A stretch of DNA of 59,967 nucleotides, counting the filler, from Bipalium vagum (lineage: Eukaryota), in the NCBI GenBank assembly GCA_037834085.1. It is 3 parts of 3 records of this genome, joined end to end, with 100 filler letters (N's around TTAATTAATTAA, not from the genome) between each part and the next. Parts side by side here need not be neighbours in the genome. Positions count along the whole stretch, not along the records: positions 1 to 21,179 come from JBBMKC010241296.1; 2 more parts are not named here. One strand, 5' to 3'. The translations under genes were made by a program, and so were the position numbers. The first letter of the stretch is position 1; the number at the start of each line of letters is the position of its first letter. Positions 1 to 15,500 of this stretch are shown in pieces. The notes below the pieces were generated by a model that worked only from the letters and a program-made list of their open reading frames with translations, was not told the DNA's origin and did not search any database.

Positions 1-6
1 ATGATG

Positions 7-50
<44 letters not shown>
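1..50. repeat. (AAT)n microsatellite
   Basis: Read directly from the sequence. Confidence 0.95.
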
Positions 51-51
<1 letters not shown>

Positions 52-1429
52 CTTAATCATATGGGTTAATATTTTAATTAATATCTAACTCTACTTTTAA
101 TTATTTAATATTTTACTTTTAAAACGACTATTATTTATAATTTTATTAATTATTATTTTTACAATATAAAATATAAAATCACATCCTTTTTACAGATATA
201 AAAATAAAGATAGTAGGCCTGACAAAGCCTTTTCATGCATATCAATCCAAATATAAAATGTAAAATATAAAATAAAATTCATATTCAAATTAAATATCAA
301 ATGTTTCCAATGTCGAGCACCAGTTTCGGAGAGCTGTCATCATTCTCCATCGTCTCCTGAGGTTTGTCAGCGATCTCTGGAATCTGTTTATTTTGATTTT
401 GTTTTTTATCTGATCGGTTTTTTACCAGTTTTACTGTGGATCCCAACATATTTATTGTGATTTCTGGATTTGTGTTATTGTAAATTGTTATAAGTATAAT
501 AGAGTTTTATTGTGATTGTTTTGATTCAAGCGAGTTTAGATTTTTTTATCAGTTTAAGTAAAACGAATACGAAATTAAAGAATTGAGGAGTTAGTGAATT
601 TCTAGCTAAAATTACATAATTCGATTAACTGTTGATTTTCGGTCCTATGTTATTACATAGCTCACTTGTTTGATAATAATTATAAAGACAAGTTTAGAAG
701 AGTTTAAAACCCTATAATTGTATCTAAATATAATCTACTGATTCTTTTTTCTGGTTTTACCCTTTATACTTTTAGTTTCATTTTTCTATGGATCTGGAAA
801 TATTTACGACATTATTATCTCAAACGATAATTTAATGTTGGTTAATTTAAAAACTAATTAATTAATCAAATGCTATTAATTTTTTTCATTAGATAATTTC
901 ACGAATTTTTGTGGCAAATGTGATTCATATTCTTCTGACAATGAAACAAAATTCATATTATATTTTTGATAATTGATAAAATTTTTGGCAGATTATTTTA
1001 AGTCGGTAAAATCAGAAATATAATCAATTTAATTGATGTCATAATTGGCAATTAAAATGCGTTACAAAAAATTAATTTAAATTAAACCTCAGTTAGAGTT
1101 AAATGCTTATGATTGTTTGAGAGAATTCCTTAAAAATGGAAATATTAAAAAATTCCATACAAAATAAATCAAACATTTATCAAATTTCACCGCTAAGACA
1201 AACTGCACTGCCAATTAAGTATAATATCATATTTTTGATGATTAAAACAAACCCTTAATTAATTTTATAAAGGATATCCTTGATATATTACAAATAAGTA
1301 AAACAATGAAACTTAATAATTAGGTGCTTGTTTATCAATATCATCATTAAGTCGAAACTTCCTATGAAACACACAAAGATTCACATAGTGCAATCACACA
1401 CCTACACAAAGTTATAGCAAATCAACTCA

Positions 1430-1874
1430 ATGGCTGCAGTTCAAATACTAGAATGCAGATATAAATAAAAAACACGGCGCAAAGGCTGCATTAAATGTAC
1501 CCTGGAATGGTTGGAGGTTGAAGGTTGATTTTCATGTTTGAGGTGGTGACTCATTGTCCATGCGCTGTTGTCAGCGATAATTAATTTACGTTTCTTGTTT
1601 TGACTTGTCTCCTAATCGCAAACATAGTACTGATAAAACTATGTCCTGATAGTATGCGAGCCACTGATCTTTGTGTTACACACACAAAAGCGGATACATA
1701 CAAACATACCAATACCACGGACAAACACCATCCATTACCGACGCTTGGCACGCATCTCATGAGCAGGATTATGATTTGCTATAGTCATTAATTATTGATA
1801 ATCTTTCATAATTAAAATCAATACAAAAAATTTAATATCTCGGCCAAAAATTCGATTAATAATTATCAAATCAG
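1430..1874 (+). promoter_or_regulatory. Candidate promoter and non-coding 5' exon of the ZFHX gene
   Basis: GC-richer, TE-free stretch ending in a strong donor (tcag|gtgaga, 1875). The ZFHX ATG lies 4 nt after an acceptor, so an upstream exon is required. The start coordinate is approximate. Confidence 0.4.
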
Positions 1875-4696
1875 GTGAGATTCTCTTGTTGTTTTTACTG
1901 TTAAGAAATCAACTATCATAATCAAAACAATCAATGTTTTTGTTTTCCCCTTTATTCTTGAGATTTGAAACGAAGCAATTATATCGGTCATTTGATCAGC
2001 TAATGAATGGTGAAATTAATCAAAATAGATTTTGTTTTGTAACAATTTACTAACCAAATAAAACCAAAGTGATCGAGTAAATATACTTTGGAAATTTTAA
2101 CTGAAAATAAATCTATTTTACATTGATTACTACGTTAACAAAAATTTTTTCCTTTGGAAAAATTTCCACAGAAATGGCCGATATAATTGCTGTACTTGAA
2201 CATATATTTTTTGTAAAAATTAATAAAATGCCTAATGATCAATTTAAGCTGGAATGGAATAAACAGAAAATCAACGAACATTTCAATCTTTCCAAAATAT
2301 ATCTTTGGAAATGTTAACGTTTATTGTTGAAATTAACATTTTTGGCTTGTACTTTTCATTGTGCCTGTCAAATTGGTACAAAGAATTGCGATTTGTAACA
2401 ATAATATTGTTAGGGAAAATTTCAATGGCAACTTTTTCAAGTTCGGCCACAGACTTCAGTAATGATATGCAAATTCGTAGGAATAATTTTCAATGAAATG
2501 AAATTGCATCAATGAGCCGTTGGACCGAGATTGAGTTGGTCAATATTTGAACTTTGAGAGCTGTCTGGATTTTTTTTATTTGAGCAATTTTATAATATTA
2601 TGATTTATTTTTAATAATTTTTATTTAATAATTATAAAATTTCTGACAATCAAAAATTGATAGTGATAAACAATATTAATGGTCATCGTAATTTCAACTT
2701 ATCAGGATCATTTAACATGAAAATATTTATGTAATCATATATATTGTCATGATTTAATTATATCATTCATTAAATAATATTAGAGCTTCAAATATCGAAA
2801 ATTAAAATGTTTTGTTACATGGGTTTTTTACGGATAAAGAAAATAATACAAAAATTGGTATTATCCTGAATGGATACTGAAAAAATTGAATTTTATCAGT
2901 GATAAATCACTAAAAAATTGAAACAGTAAGTTTTTAATCTTAAAATTAATTGAAGCCTGGTATTGAAAAATTATTATTTACTAAAATCAATCTTGTTTAC
3001 ATTTCGCTGTTAAACGTTTGTAAATCAAAATAGAACCTAAGTTTAGTCTTGATTGACCAAAAGACTGACTGTTAAAAGATTATTTTAACCATTTAATTAC
3101 CTTGAAAACTTAAGATATCTAGGTTACTTTGGTTATTATTTTGAAAAATAGATTTATAATTAAAACTTGATATATTATATCAAGCAAAGATCATAATAAA
3201 CTAAGCCTTTTGATAATACAAAATCACTAAAATGTCTAATTTCGGTTTTTTCGTGGTGAAGCTAAAGAATAATTAGAAATCTTTATTCTTCATTGATTAC
3301 TTTTAGTAGCTATATAAGAACGTGTAACCATGCATAATAACTAATTGCATTTTCAAGCCTCAATAAACATTCATTGGTCTCTTAATTAAAATCCTCTGTA
3401 ATTTACTTTAATTCTCCATAGCATCAATCTCCAATGATTAGCATTTTAATTAAAAACTGATGATTTAATATAAATCAGATTGAATATTGAAATTATTAAT
3501 GCAATCCCAAATTATTCTTTTAATAAATTGTTGATGTTACTTTTCTGTTATCTGTTTAATGTAGTATTTTTCAATGACTAAGTTTTTGAATAAATTAAAA
3601 CAAAATGATCTAGAAAAGCTTTAAGAAGTGAAAGTAGTTAATTGTGTTCGAAAAGAACTAGATAAAGGCTGAGTCAATCAATTAGTGGAATACTGGACAA
3701 GTATATGCAATTAAGTTAGTGAACCAATATGGATCATCTCAGGAGAGTCCTTGTATTGTAAAGAAAAAGCCTGAGAGATTCTAATTGAAAATATTTCACA
3801 ACCTGGCTAATTAGTAATTGTTGATTATCAATATTTATCTATTTGTAGACTCTGGCTTAGTTTTTGGGGCACTACAAATTAAGTTAATAAGAGTAACTGA
3901 TTGCCATTAGAAATCTTACCATCCAAAATTCAGTAAGTTTTAATGATTACTGCTAATGATGATAATGATATTTCTTCTTGGTGCTGATACAGTTAGGGGC
4001 TCTTTAGAAACAACAATAATGATAACAAGACAACTATTAATCTTATTTATGCATGTATACGGCTTTGATACGATCATGATGATAGGGATCTGTGAGCTGG
4101 TCTAATATAGAAATTTGATTAATTGTTCACTGGTACTTGAGCAAATAGCCAGCAAAGCGGTCTAAAACAAATTAGTTTTATTTTTCCTGTTCTTTTGTTC
4201 GTACGAGATTCAGAAATGACGAGATTTGATGAGACTAATTAGGTAATTTGCATTGGTTATTGTAATTATTAAGTTTGAAAGACAGCAAACAAAAATTCGG
4301 CATGCAACCATATGTACAAATACAACTCAACATGCATCCAAACTAATATATATACATACACACAAAACCCCATGTACCATGTGGCGCAATTAATTGAATG
4401 GCAGTTATACTTGTATTTGACAGTTAGTGATTATCTCTTTTTTCATTGGGAGATAATTTTATAAAATATCCACTTATGCGAGCCTATCGTTATAATTTCA
4501 ATTAACTAAGTATTTAAAAACTTTTTTGCATTATTTAATGTTTATGTTGATTTCATTTATCCTTTCAATTTTCCGTGTAATTAAGATACCAATTTTTATG
4601 CTCTAAATTGAATAAAACATTTAGAACAACTGTAATAATTATAATAATCGTAATTATTGTTGTTAATTTTTATAAATTATAATATTTTTTTAGACA

Positions 4697-6505
4697 ATGT
4701 CGTCTGACACTTCTAATACTCCATGTGCAACGCAAATAAGTGTCCACAATTCTGAAAAATCTGCTTGTATTGATGGTGATAATGTTGAAGGAATTTCAAT
4801 TAGAAATCAGCTGTTTAAAGTTTTTATTTTGAGTAGCAAAGATTATCAGCTAAATATTTGTGCAATAATTCCTGAAGCGATTGCAAATTTTTCCACTGAT
4901 AAAATAGAGGAATACATGAATATGGTTGATTATGATTGTATCAAAAATCGACAAATCGAATTTAACGAGAATCATAGGTTAGATGTATTGATTTATGGTT
5001 GCTCAAAAAGAGAAATCGAAGGAATCGATTTTTTAATGATGATAAACGAACATTATCCGCAAACTGATTTATCTAAGCAAATAGTATGCCAGGTTTTTAG
5101 ACAATTAATGGAATCTATTAATACAGTTATCAAAACAGTGTCTGATGAAAATCTTTTGTTCTGTATAGAATGTGGAATACAAATGTTGAACAAAAATGAT
5201 TATATAAAACATGTGAATAACCACAAGTGGACATGGGAAGACAATGAATGGGAAAAGGATTGTGTACAAGCAATCGTACTCCAAAATGATTGTATGGAAA
5301 ATAATAAATGTATTGTAAACATGTTTAATTATGTTGACTGGGTTGAAATGCGATGTGAACCAGTCTTAATTTCTACAGTTGACAATCTCATTTTTAACAG
5401 AGATAAGGATCAATCTAAATCATCTCCATCTTTATCTATACTCCCTAGCTGGACAACAGTAACATCTCCAGTGTGCATGAACTGTGATGCTATTTTTGAA
5501 TCGACTGTTGAACTTGAAGAACATAATCAATTAAATCATCAAGGTTCTAAATCATTCAACAGATGTGCAGGCCGACAAATGTCAACTGCAGCAAAAGAGT
5601 ATAGATGTAAAATATGTAATTATAAAACTGTTACAAAGGGAAATTTACATATTCATTTTCAATCCGAGAAACACAGGAACAATCAAAGAGAACATGATCA
5701 CAACGAACACAAAAGTCTTATTACTTGTCAAAATTCAAGTTCACTTAAGACATTGCCTTCATTACCTCATTTGAGTGTATTGGACTCATTAATTTCTCGA
5801 ACTCAAAGTAACTTTTTTTCAAATAGTAAACCACATTCATTTTCATCCAATTGGCCAGCCATACCGATTAATGATTACAAAAAAGATTCTACTATTGGAT
5901 TAGCGATCGAAGTTGCATTTAATAATATGGCCACTTTTAAATGTGAAATTTGCCAAATTTTTTATCATTCGGATATTGAAATGGTTCTTGATCATGCAGA
6001 AAGACCGAGACATTTGCCGAATAATTTTGAAGTAAGTAAAGTCGTTAAAGCAAATGTAGATGGTGCAGAATTCGAATACCTTTGCATGCTTGATGGATAT
6101 AAGACCCGCATAAAAGCTAATTTTTTACTTCACTCTAAAACTGAAAAGCATCAACAAAAGCTTCAGCTTTTAGCTCATGCTAATGAAGGGGGTGTTGAAA
6201 ATGCAAATAAAGTTAAGCTGCAAATGGTTACAGAGCAAACTTCTTTGATAAGTATTTATTGTAATCTTTGTCGAGCAACTTTCTCGACTGCTCATAAATT
6301 AAGACTTCATACTGAGTGTAGTGATCATCAGATTAATCAAAATATTGCCAAATCGTACCATATATGGAAAAAATCAGTTGAAACCAATCTTAATCCAAAA
6401 GATGAAAATCAGATCGCTGGTTACGAATGTAAGCCATGTGGGTTGGTCTTTCGACATTATGTAGAAATATTGGACCATTTTCACGTACAAAGAGGCATAA
6501 TTCAT
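4697..6505 (+). CDS. zfhx: ZFHX first coding exon (N-terminal C2H2/U1-type zinc-finger array)
   Basis: Acceptor ttttttag ends at 4693, ATG at 4697, donor gttagt at 6506; several ZFHX-type fingers in the ORF. Confidence 0.9.
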
Positions 6506-9500
6506 GTTAGTTAATTAATCTTAATCAAAACGATACATTATCAAAATGTTAATATTAAAATATTTTAAGTGTACCTTTTTATTCATAAAGCTAATTTTGT
6601 CTAAAAGAATTGATATTTGTTAAGTTGAATTATTAGGAACAATAATTGATTGGAATCCAATGCTATTATGTATACTATTAAAATACTACTTAAACTTTCC
6701 TCAAACTGAAATTCATATTCAAAATGACTTAACTGAAATTTAAAATATATAAATATTAATTGGATGTTTATTTTAGTTAATTAATAAAAATTAAAATAAA
6801 AATATAATTTGATTTTATCACATTTAAAATTTGAAAAATAATATTTTATGCATCTTTGTTGTTCTGTTTTATCAAATTGTACTTGTAAGTGCTTCTAAAG
6901 TAAAATTAATGTTGAATTTTAAAAATCTTTTATTTAAACAAACAATTATTTGATAAAAGATAAAATCCTGGTTTGAATGATTTAAACATTTTAATTTTCT
7001 AATTTTTTGTTCAATAATGATAACTTTCGCTAATTTTTTAATAGATGGCCGCTTCCAAACAAGAAATGGATATCAACAATTTAATAAAGATTCATTATCA
7101 CAATAAATTTGATAAATCTGAAATTATTGGAAATAAAATCTATTTACAAGAAAAATCAGGTGAGCTATTTTAATAAATAACATTTAACAATGAATACATT
7201 TTTGTAAATTTCATTTAAGTTTCCTCTCATTATCGATAATTGTCTGAATGTTCGAAAGTTTTCAAGAAAATTAAACGGTTTTGATTAAATAAAAATAATT
7301 ATTATGGTAAACTGGTTGTCCAGTAACAAAAAAGCAACAAGAAAAAATAAGTGCTCATAGTTTGAATCAGAATGACTATTTTATAGTTAAAATGTTTAAT
7401 ATCAATTACTAATTTGTTTTAATTAAATAAAATTAATAATTTTAAATAATTTCACATATTTTTCCGGTGACAGCGAATAATAAGTAGATCTCTATGGCAA
7501 ATAAAAATACTTTTTGAATCCTGACCTAATCTCATTATTTGAATGTAATTGTAAAACATATATTTTACCAGTTTTCAGAATTTTAAATTTAAATTTTATT
7601 TGATATGTTAATTAAAATAATTTATTTTAAAATGTGTCATTCTTCTTTTTAATATATTTTTCCAGAAATTCCTTCAAATCCGTTTTTTAAATGCAATCTC
7701 TGTAATGAACATGTTGATCGGAAAGAACTAAAATATCACTTAAAAGATGTAAGTTTTTGGAATTTTTCTTTATCATATAACTTAGATATATATTTATCAT
7801 ATTTAATATTTTACATTAAATTAAAACACTATACACATGTATTTTGAAAAATAGTTTAGAAAAATTATATCGATTTTAAAAAAATTAAAAATAAGAATTT
7901 AAAGAATTTTGTATATATATATACCTGGTGTGAATAAAAAGTCCTTAGACTCGTACATAAATAAAAACACTACTGCAACGAAACTTTGTAATGAGGACAA
8001 GTAAACTACATATGTAAATAAACGTAATCAATTTTTTATATATAACATATATAACATCCATCGATTTATCACAGAAAAGGTACCATTTTCGAAGAAATAG
8101 TAGGCTTTTTATTGAAAAAATATTGAACCATTCGTATGAGATCATCTTTAGACTCAATTCTCTGAACTCGCATATGCTTCTTTAAGTGATGAAAGAAGAA
8201 AAAATCACTGGGAGCCAAATCTGGACTATAAGGTCGTTGTGAAATCAGCACAAAGCCTTTTCCCGTATGACATCCACAGTTCGGTTAGCTGTATGAATTG
8301 GAGCATTATCAATGAAGAGAAATAGGTTTTGGATTTCTCAGATCAATAAGCAGTGCACAGTAGCAGTGAGAATTGATGTTTCTTTGGACAAAGTCAATTT
8401 TGATCACCTTTTGCATTCCAGAATACACTGAGAGTCAGAAATTTCGGATGAGTAGTCCCTGATCGAAGCATATTTGGTGCCTTTTCCTCAGGAAATACTC
8501 ATTCACGAGACTCATGCATACTGTATAAAATGTAAAGACTCAATGGAGTCTCGTCCTCTGTTGCAATATTCTTCAAAAAACTCTGTCCAAAAGAATAAAA
8601 TAGGTCCAGATTTTCTTGACATGCTTTCATTCGCTTTTGTCGCATCTCCGCTGTCAAAAATCGTGGGACAAATATGTTACATAATTTTCTAACTCCAATA
8701 CTCTGTAGTATGTTCTGCACAGTCTTCTTGCTTAAATTAAATTTAGTTGAAAGCTCTCTCTGGGAAATTCTCCTCTCTTCTTTGACGATTATCTTCAATT
8801 GTTCTAATTTTTGTTCCCCAATTTCTGAAGGTAGTCCACTTTTTCTTCGTCAAACACATTGTTCCTGACTCGGGGCAACTCTCTGATCCAGTTGTTGCAT
8901 GGATCAAGTCACCTTGCATGGTGTTTCATGTCCATAGTTGAGAAATAATTTCCTTCTTTTCTGTCTTCAACAGCAAAATCCGGAATTCCAGATGATAATA
9001 CATTTTTCAAAAAAACGTTGTACCTAATGTCAGCAAAAGCCTACCACTTAAAAAATATAATAATACTTACCTATATATATTAATTAATTTTTTTGGAAAA
9101 TTTCATGAAGTTCTTAATTATATTTCTATACGAGTCTAAGGACTTTTTATCTACACCACGTGTAAATTGATTTTTAAATATAAGTGAATTCAATTGCCAC
9201 TGTTAATTTTTTAATATTTACTGTTATAAGACGTAAAACTATTATATTTAAAATTCCTTTGTACTTTAAAAAAATATTTGAAGCTGATTTAAAATATATT
9301 TTATATATTAAAGACAGAATTATTTCTGTTTGATTCATTCTCTTCATCTAGATTCACAAAATTCAAGACTATTATGTGGAACAATTAGTTCAGTTAGCTG
9401 AAAAAGCTCACATAGAAAATTTTAAAAAAGTTTTACCCATTTTAAAATGGTTAAAGGTATCTGATAAGCCTAAAGGTAACCAAATTTAGATTTAATCATT

Positions 9501-12500
9501 ATTTATTTTTTTTCTGAAGAGTGGAGCGATTGTGTAATTATTGGAGAAACTGATAATATAGAGCCAATGGTAAGATGTCAACAATGTGGAAAATGTTTTG
9601 CAAATGTTTGTCTTCTTGAAGAACATAGAACGCTAGTTAAGCATTGTGCCATTCTAGACCAAAGGGGTCATTTATGCTATAAAAAGGGCTGCAATCAATA
9701 TTTCAAATCGTTTTCATTAATGGTTGACCATTTCTAGTAATTGAAATCTTTAATTTTCAGATATTATTTTTTATTATATATTATTTAAAATAAATCCAAC
9801 TTCATTTCATATTCTTTCATTGTCAATAATGATCTTATTTAATCAGAAAATTAATAGGTCTTGAAAGGTTGAACCTTTTGATGTAATCAACTACGCTTTT
9901 TAGTAGTCCTGGTTTAAATAGCAAGTTTCAACATGTTCAACTCAAGATACTCAAAGTTACAATATTTGCTACCAGTTTTATTTAAAATTAGTCATTTGGC
10001 ATAGTTTTAGAAGTCTTTTGTATTGTCACAATGATATTTTCAGTAAATTTATCTGAAATTACGATTTCAGTCTGAAATTTTTTTACTGAATACATTTATG
10101 TAGTAAGAATATATAAAATATGCAGATTGTGTCAAGCAACTTAAAATTCATTTTTGAGTAAATTAAAAAATGTTTTCAATTAGTTCAGTTTAGAAATTAT
10201 TAGGCTAGTGCGAAAATATATTTCATTTAACTCACCTAACCGATTTCAAAGTACATGTTGTTTACTTATATATTTATAATTCGGTACCAATCAAAAGTTT
10301 AAATTTCAATTTTTTTTTATAAATATTTTATAATGATTACGATTTAAAGGAGCATTGGAGTGTCAAATTAGAAAACTTTTCTTGTTCGAGTACAAATTAG
10401 GTACAAAGGCCACTAAGGATCTCGCTAAATAATAAACATTTTGGTAATGGAATGGTTAAAGATCGTGTGAGGCAAGGTTTTCGACAGGTAGATGGCAGTC
10501 CTAAAACTCAGAGTTATGGAAGCGTATTCATCAAAACCACTAGATAAATAAGAGAAGCAAAAGAATTCAACGTCAACTTATCACTATTCATGGAAAGGTT
10601 TGATTGGTTTTGCGCAACCTAGGCGACCCATCTTTTCATCGAATCAAGAGATAAGAAATGGATTCTATAGGACCATAATAGTTGGATTATATTGAAGGTT
10701 CTAAATAGTTAATAAATTTCCTATAGCATCAAAAATAGTTGTTGACTAGTTAAAAAGTTATCATGTATTGATCCAATTGGAAGGACATAATCCTTTTGCA
10801 CGACATTTCCCGGTCACATGTTGCACAAATGAAAGCGCAGAGAGTTGAATTATGAAATTAATCTTCAACCATATTTATCAGACGTCTCCCTAACATATCA
10901 CTTGTTTAAATATCTTGACCAATTCATGCTTGTAAAACAATTCAAAGACAAGGACGCTATTAAAAATGCTGTTCGAAGTTTCGTGGACTGGACTGGGTTC
11001 CGGACTTTTATCTTATCGAACTAAATAAGTTTATTTTTGGTTGGCTACAGTGTGTTGAGTCTAATGGATGAAGTTTATTTGTTATACAATATAGTGTTTT
11101 ATAGTTAGTATCAATATATAAAAAGCTGCATTTCTTGAACTAAAATGATAGTAGTTTTGACCGCATTTGAACATGTTTTTACGCATGAATAAAAATTACT
11201 AAAAAATTAAGAATATTTATTTTAGTATAATTATTCCAGAAGATATTTATTAAAACTATCTGTACCAAATCAAAAATTGGTTAATAATAAATATTTTACA
11301 ATTATTGCTGATTGTATCAAAAAATGACTGAACTGAATGTAATTCAAATGAAATTATTTGGCAGTTTAATTGTATTTTATCAAAACCTGGTGAAGGAGTA
11401 ATAGGAATCATATTATCAAAAGAATAGGGTCAAAATCACATTCTGTAAACTTTAAACTGAATTATGAAAATTTACCTGGTTACTATACTTAACGGATCTT
11501 TAATCAACAGATTTTCACTCAAGAATATTCCGAATAGAAGGAACATATCAAAACCAAAGGAAAATTTCAGATTTTGAATTCTAAACCTTCATTTCATGTT
11601 CATTCATTAGTTAATTGCTCATTGATAGACTTTTACTTTGCATATTTTTTTCTTCTAAATTTCATCTCAAAAAAATTTTTTTAATTTTTATGAAATCTAT
11701 ACATAGTTTTAATAGGTCCTATATCAACTATTATTCACTATGTAAATCAATTTTCTTTGCCCTCTTGAATTCTGGAATGAAATTGGTTAAACAGATTATT
11801 TTAAACAAAACAAAATATGTATAAAATGAAACTAAACCAAGAAACATAAAATGGAACATCATGGTTATCTATTTTAAATGTTTGGAAATACTGCATTAAT
11901 TATAAAATGCTGATCAAGTTTTAATTAGTGTTAATATATTCTAAATAAAAATTCAAAGTATTATTAGTGATATTAATTTTCAGTGAAATTCATGCTTTCC
12001 AAATTCCGGAATATAAACGATTAGAGCCTTTTAAATACATTTGTAAAATATGCCACTTATTTGCGTTCAAATGCACAGTAAAATATTACCAACATATGAA
12101 TTCACATTCATTAGTTAAAGAATTTGATTGCGTATTATGTGGTATAACTACAGAAGGACGCACTCAGTTACGGAATCATGTAGAAAAGTATCATGTAGTT
12201 AATGTTAGTGTTCGTTTTTTTATCTTTAATTTGCTAACCTTACATTTAATAGATTGATAGGGATTTGAAAGAATGCCCAAATAATGTAAACACAATAAAG
12301 TAATTTCAATATTATCATTATTATTAATAACTAATAACTTATTTTCTTAACAGATCAGAATATGGACTATTAACTGATCCTCCATCAATATTGACGAAAA
12401 TAGCTCCTTCAATTTTCAATTCTTCGGAATCTATTGTAAATAAAGAAAACAGAAATCAAAATAGTATAATAAATCAAGATGAAAGTCTGATTGTGAAAGA

Positions 12501-15500
12501 TATCTTTAGCTCAGACTTTTTGACTAATGGAACCAATTCATTAACACCAATCTCATCACTTATATCAACTGTCGGTCTTGAAAATGTAAAATTGGTTATT
12601 GAAACCATGATTAACTCTAAATATAAACAAAATGATGATGATTCTACTGTCTGGAAATATGCTGAATCCATTATGGATGTAGCTAATATTAAAGAGACAC
12701 TTGTGGAAAAATGTAAGGAGTGTGGAAAAGTTTTTAGTAGTCAAGAAGTATTGAAGAGACATAATAAAATCTGCTCAAATCCAAGTTCTGAAATTTTAAA
12801 TGATTTTGAACAGATTGTTTCAGTGTGTCGAGAACATCTTACAAAAATGATGGTTACATATTGTAATGATGTAGTTAAAAGACCGTTATCAAGATCTGTT
12901 AAACAATGTACTAATGAAAATTTCAGAGAAATTATACCTTCACAACCTCAGCAGTTAAAAAACAATATAATTTCAAATGAATTTTTGAACATCAGTCAGT
13001 CCACTACATCACAAATAAATTCACATAGAATTCATACGAATAATCATACTTTTATGAACATTTTACCCCATATTGGTATGATTCCAATGCCTCTATTCGG
13101 ATTTCCAAATTTTAATTCAGTATCTGAACAAAAAAGATGTGCTGTTTTTAATTCGAAACCTTTATTACCTAATGCAAATACTGATCAATATAAATTTGTC
13201 TCTGATGTAAATCAAAAAATTGACAATTTTAATCGAAAACGAACTCAAATTAAAAACCACCAGTACGAAATATTATGGTCACATTTCAACATTAACAATT
13301 CACCAAATGATGAAACAATTGCAGAAATTATTGAAAAGACAGGATTAGACAAAAAAACTGTTAAGCACTGGTTTAGAAATACATTATTTAAAGAAAGACA
13401 GAGATGTAAAGATAGCCCATATAATTTTAATATTCCTCCAGAAACTAGTCTCAATGTCGAAGAATATGAAAAAACTGGAAAAATCGAGATTAAATCTGAA
13501 TGTAGTCGAACATCATCTCCAATTGATAAGATAAAGGTATTTTTTTTTAATATCCAGGAAAACGTTTTCATACATTTGTTATGGTAGACAGTTAAAAACT
13601 TTTATCATAAATAAGCTTTCTATTTTTTATTATTAAATTTCTTAAAATTAAAGACAATTCCAGATTTCATATAAAAGTTGAGGAGGTGATTACTTTAACT
13701 TAATAAATTTAGCATTTCTTTATTCTAAGTTATTTGTTTATTTATTTCTTTTTTAATGAAATAGATTTATCGAGGAATCATTATAAGTCTCAAAACAGAT
13801 TTGTCGGTAATCAAAGGTTTTCAAGATTATTTAATAATATATCTTCTAAATTTTTGATGCCTTCCTTGGATTTGAGATGCTGCTATCCATTGGTTGATGT
13901 TTTATCTGGATTTGTCAAAATGGTAATTTGAATGAGACAAGAGGTGTAACAATTTAGTTAATGCCTCTTAAACAATTTTAACAGCCCAATGAATGTGTAG
14001 TCTGGTATTTTGATTTTTTAAAATCATCTCAATACTCATTTCTTGGTTACATTTTTATTAAAACAATACTACAGACTATTATTCGAACCTATACATATGT
14101 AACTTTCTTTAGTTCAAGGCAGGCAGTGTGTAATCTTCGAATTTTGTATATTTTGTCTATCAGATTATGTTGCATGTTCAACTGACAGCTTAAATTATAC
14201 ATTTTCAATTGTAATGGACCATAAAGTATTTTTTCTAGTAACGTGTTTTACTTTATATTCATTTTTTAAAAAAAAACTATTTTTTTTAGAAGTTTTACTT
14301 GAATAAGTCATGTAAAAGTCTTTGGCCACCATGTAAAAAAGCCTAGTTTTTCTTTTAGTTATTTATTCTTTAGCTATTAATTTTTTTATTGATAAATTAA
14401 ATTAATATAATAAAATAATAATAAATTGTTAATGACTAGAATCATATAAATGCTTTTTTCTAGAATTTTAAGAGTGGCCAAAGACTTTAGGTGGGGATTG
14501 TAGTGTAAATTTTCATAAGCAACCGATATATTTCATGTGTATTTTTTATATCTTTTAAATGAAACAATAAAATTAAACTTTTCGTTTTTCATTAAAACTA
14601 AAACTTCTCAATAAAATTCCAAAAATGTTATGGGATTAAGCAAAGAGATCACATAATTATCAGACTTTATATTGTGACACTATGAAACTGAACTGATTAT
14701 TAAAATGAATATTATAATATGGAAGTCATTTGTTTCCAAAGTGCTTTCATTAGGTATCTTTTAATTTGACATCTTGATAGACTACTGGATACTGTACCAC
14801 CTATATAAAGCATTTTTATATATTTAATTGACCTGAAAAATTAAAATTTTGAGAAAGTTATTTTTAATTATTAGAATTCCGATGATTCAAAAACCGACGA
14901 AGGTTCAGAAGATTATAAAATTGGTGATTTTATTAATTTAAGTTGTTCATCATAATAAATTGTTCTAGAATATAATAAAAGATCAAGCCAAGGATTTGAA
15001 ACTGAACCGTTATCATCTAAATTGAGAAGGATAATGGACAGTAGTAAGGAATCATCCGAAATCGTCAAAGTGCAGGAACAAATGAATGTTGAAAACAATG
15101 CAGAAAGACTGGAAAGTTTTAAAAATATGGATGACAGCTCTGTGATTAATATTAAAGTAGTTAAAGATCAAATTAGTGTATTTTGCAAAAGAGACACCGG
15201 TCCTCTTTCCAATTCACCTGAAAATGAAGATATACCATTAGATCTTAGTTACCAGAGCTCAAGTTTTAATATTCTTAACAGTTCTCATAATTCACTTAAC
15301 TTCGATCCAATTTCGCCATTTGAATCAGAGTTAGAACCCGTCGAAAACTCTAGTTCGAATTTTGACGAGAGACGTCATCGGACAACGTTAACTGCTATGC
15401 AAATACAAGCGATGAAATCAATTTTTATTCATTGTCGTTCACCCAGTCACAGCGAATTGGGAATGCTTGGAAATATTTTATCACTTGACATGCGAGTTGT

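Noticed and set aside
1551-1573. TCATTGTCCATGCGCTGTTGTCA resembles miR-219 (from recall)
   Set aside because: Seed mismatch and no complementary arm on either side.
9735-9737. In-frame TAG inside the ZFHX zinc finger
   Set aside because: The G is the first intron base (TA|gtaatt); splicing to 11984 gives TAT (Tyr).
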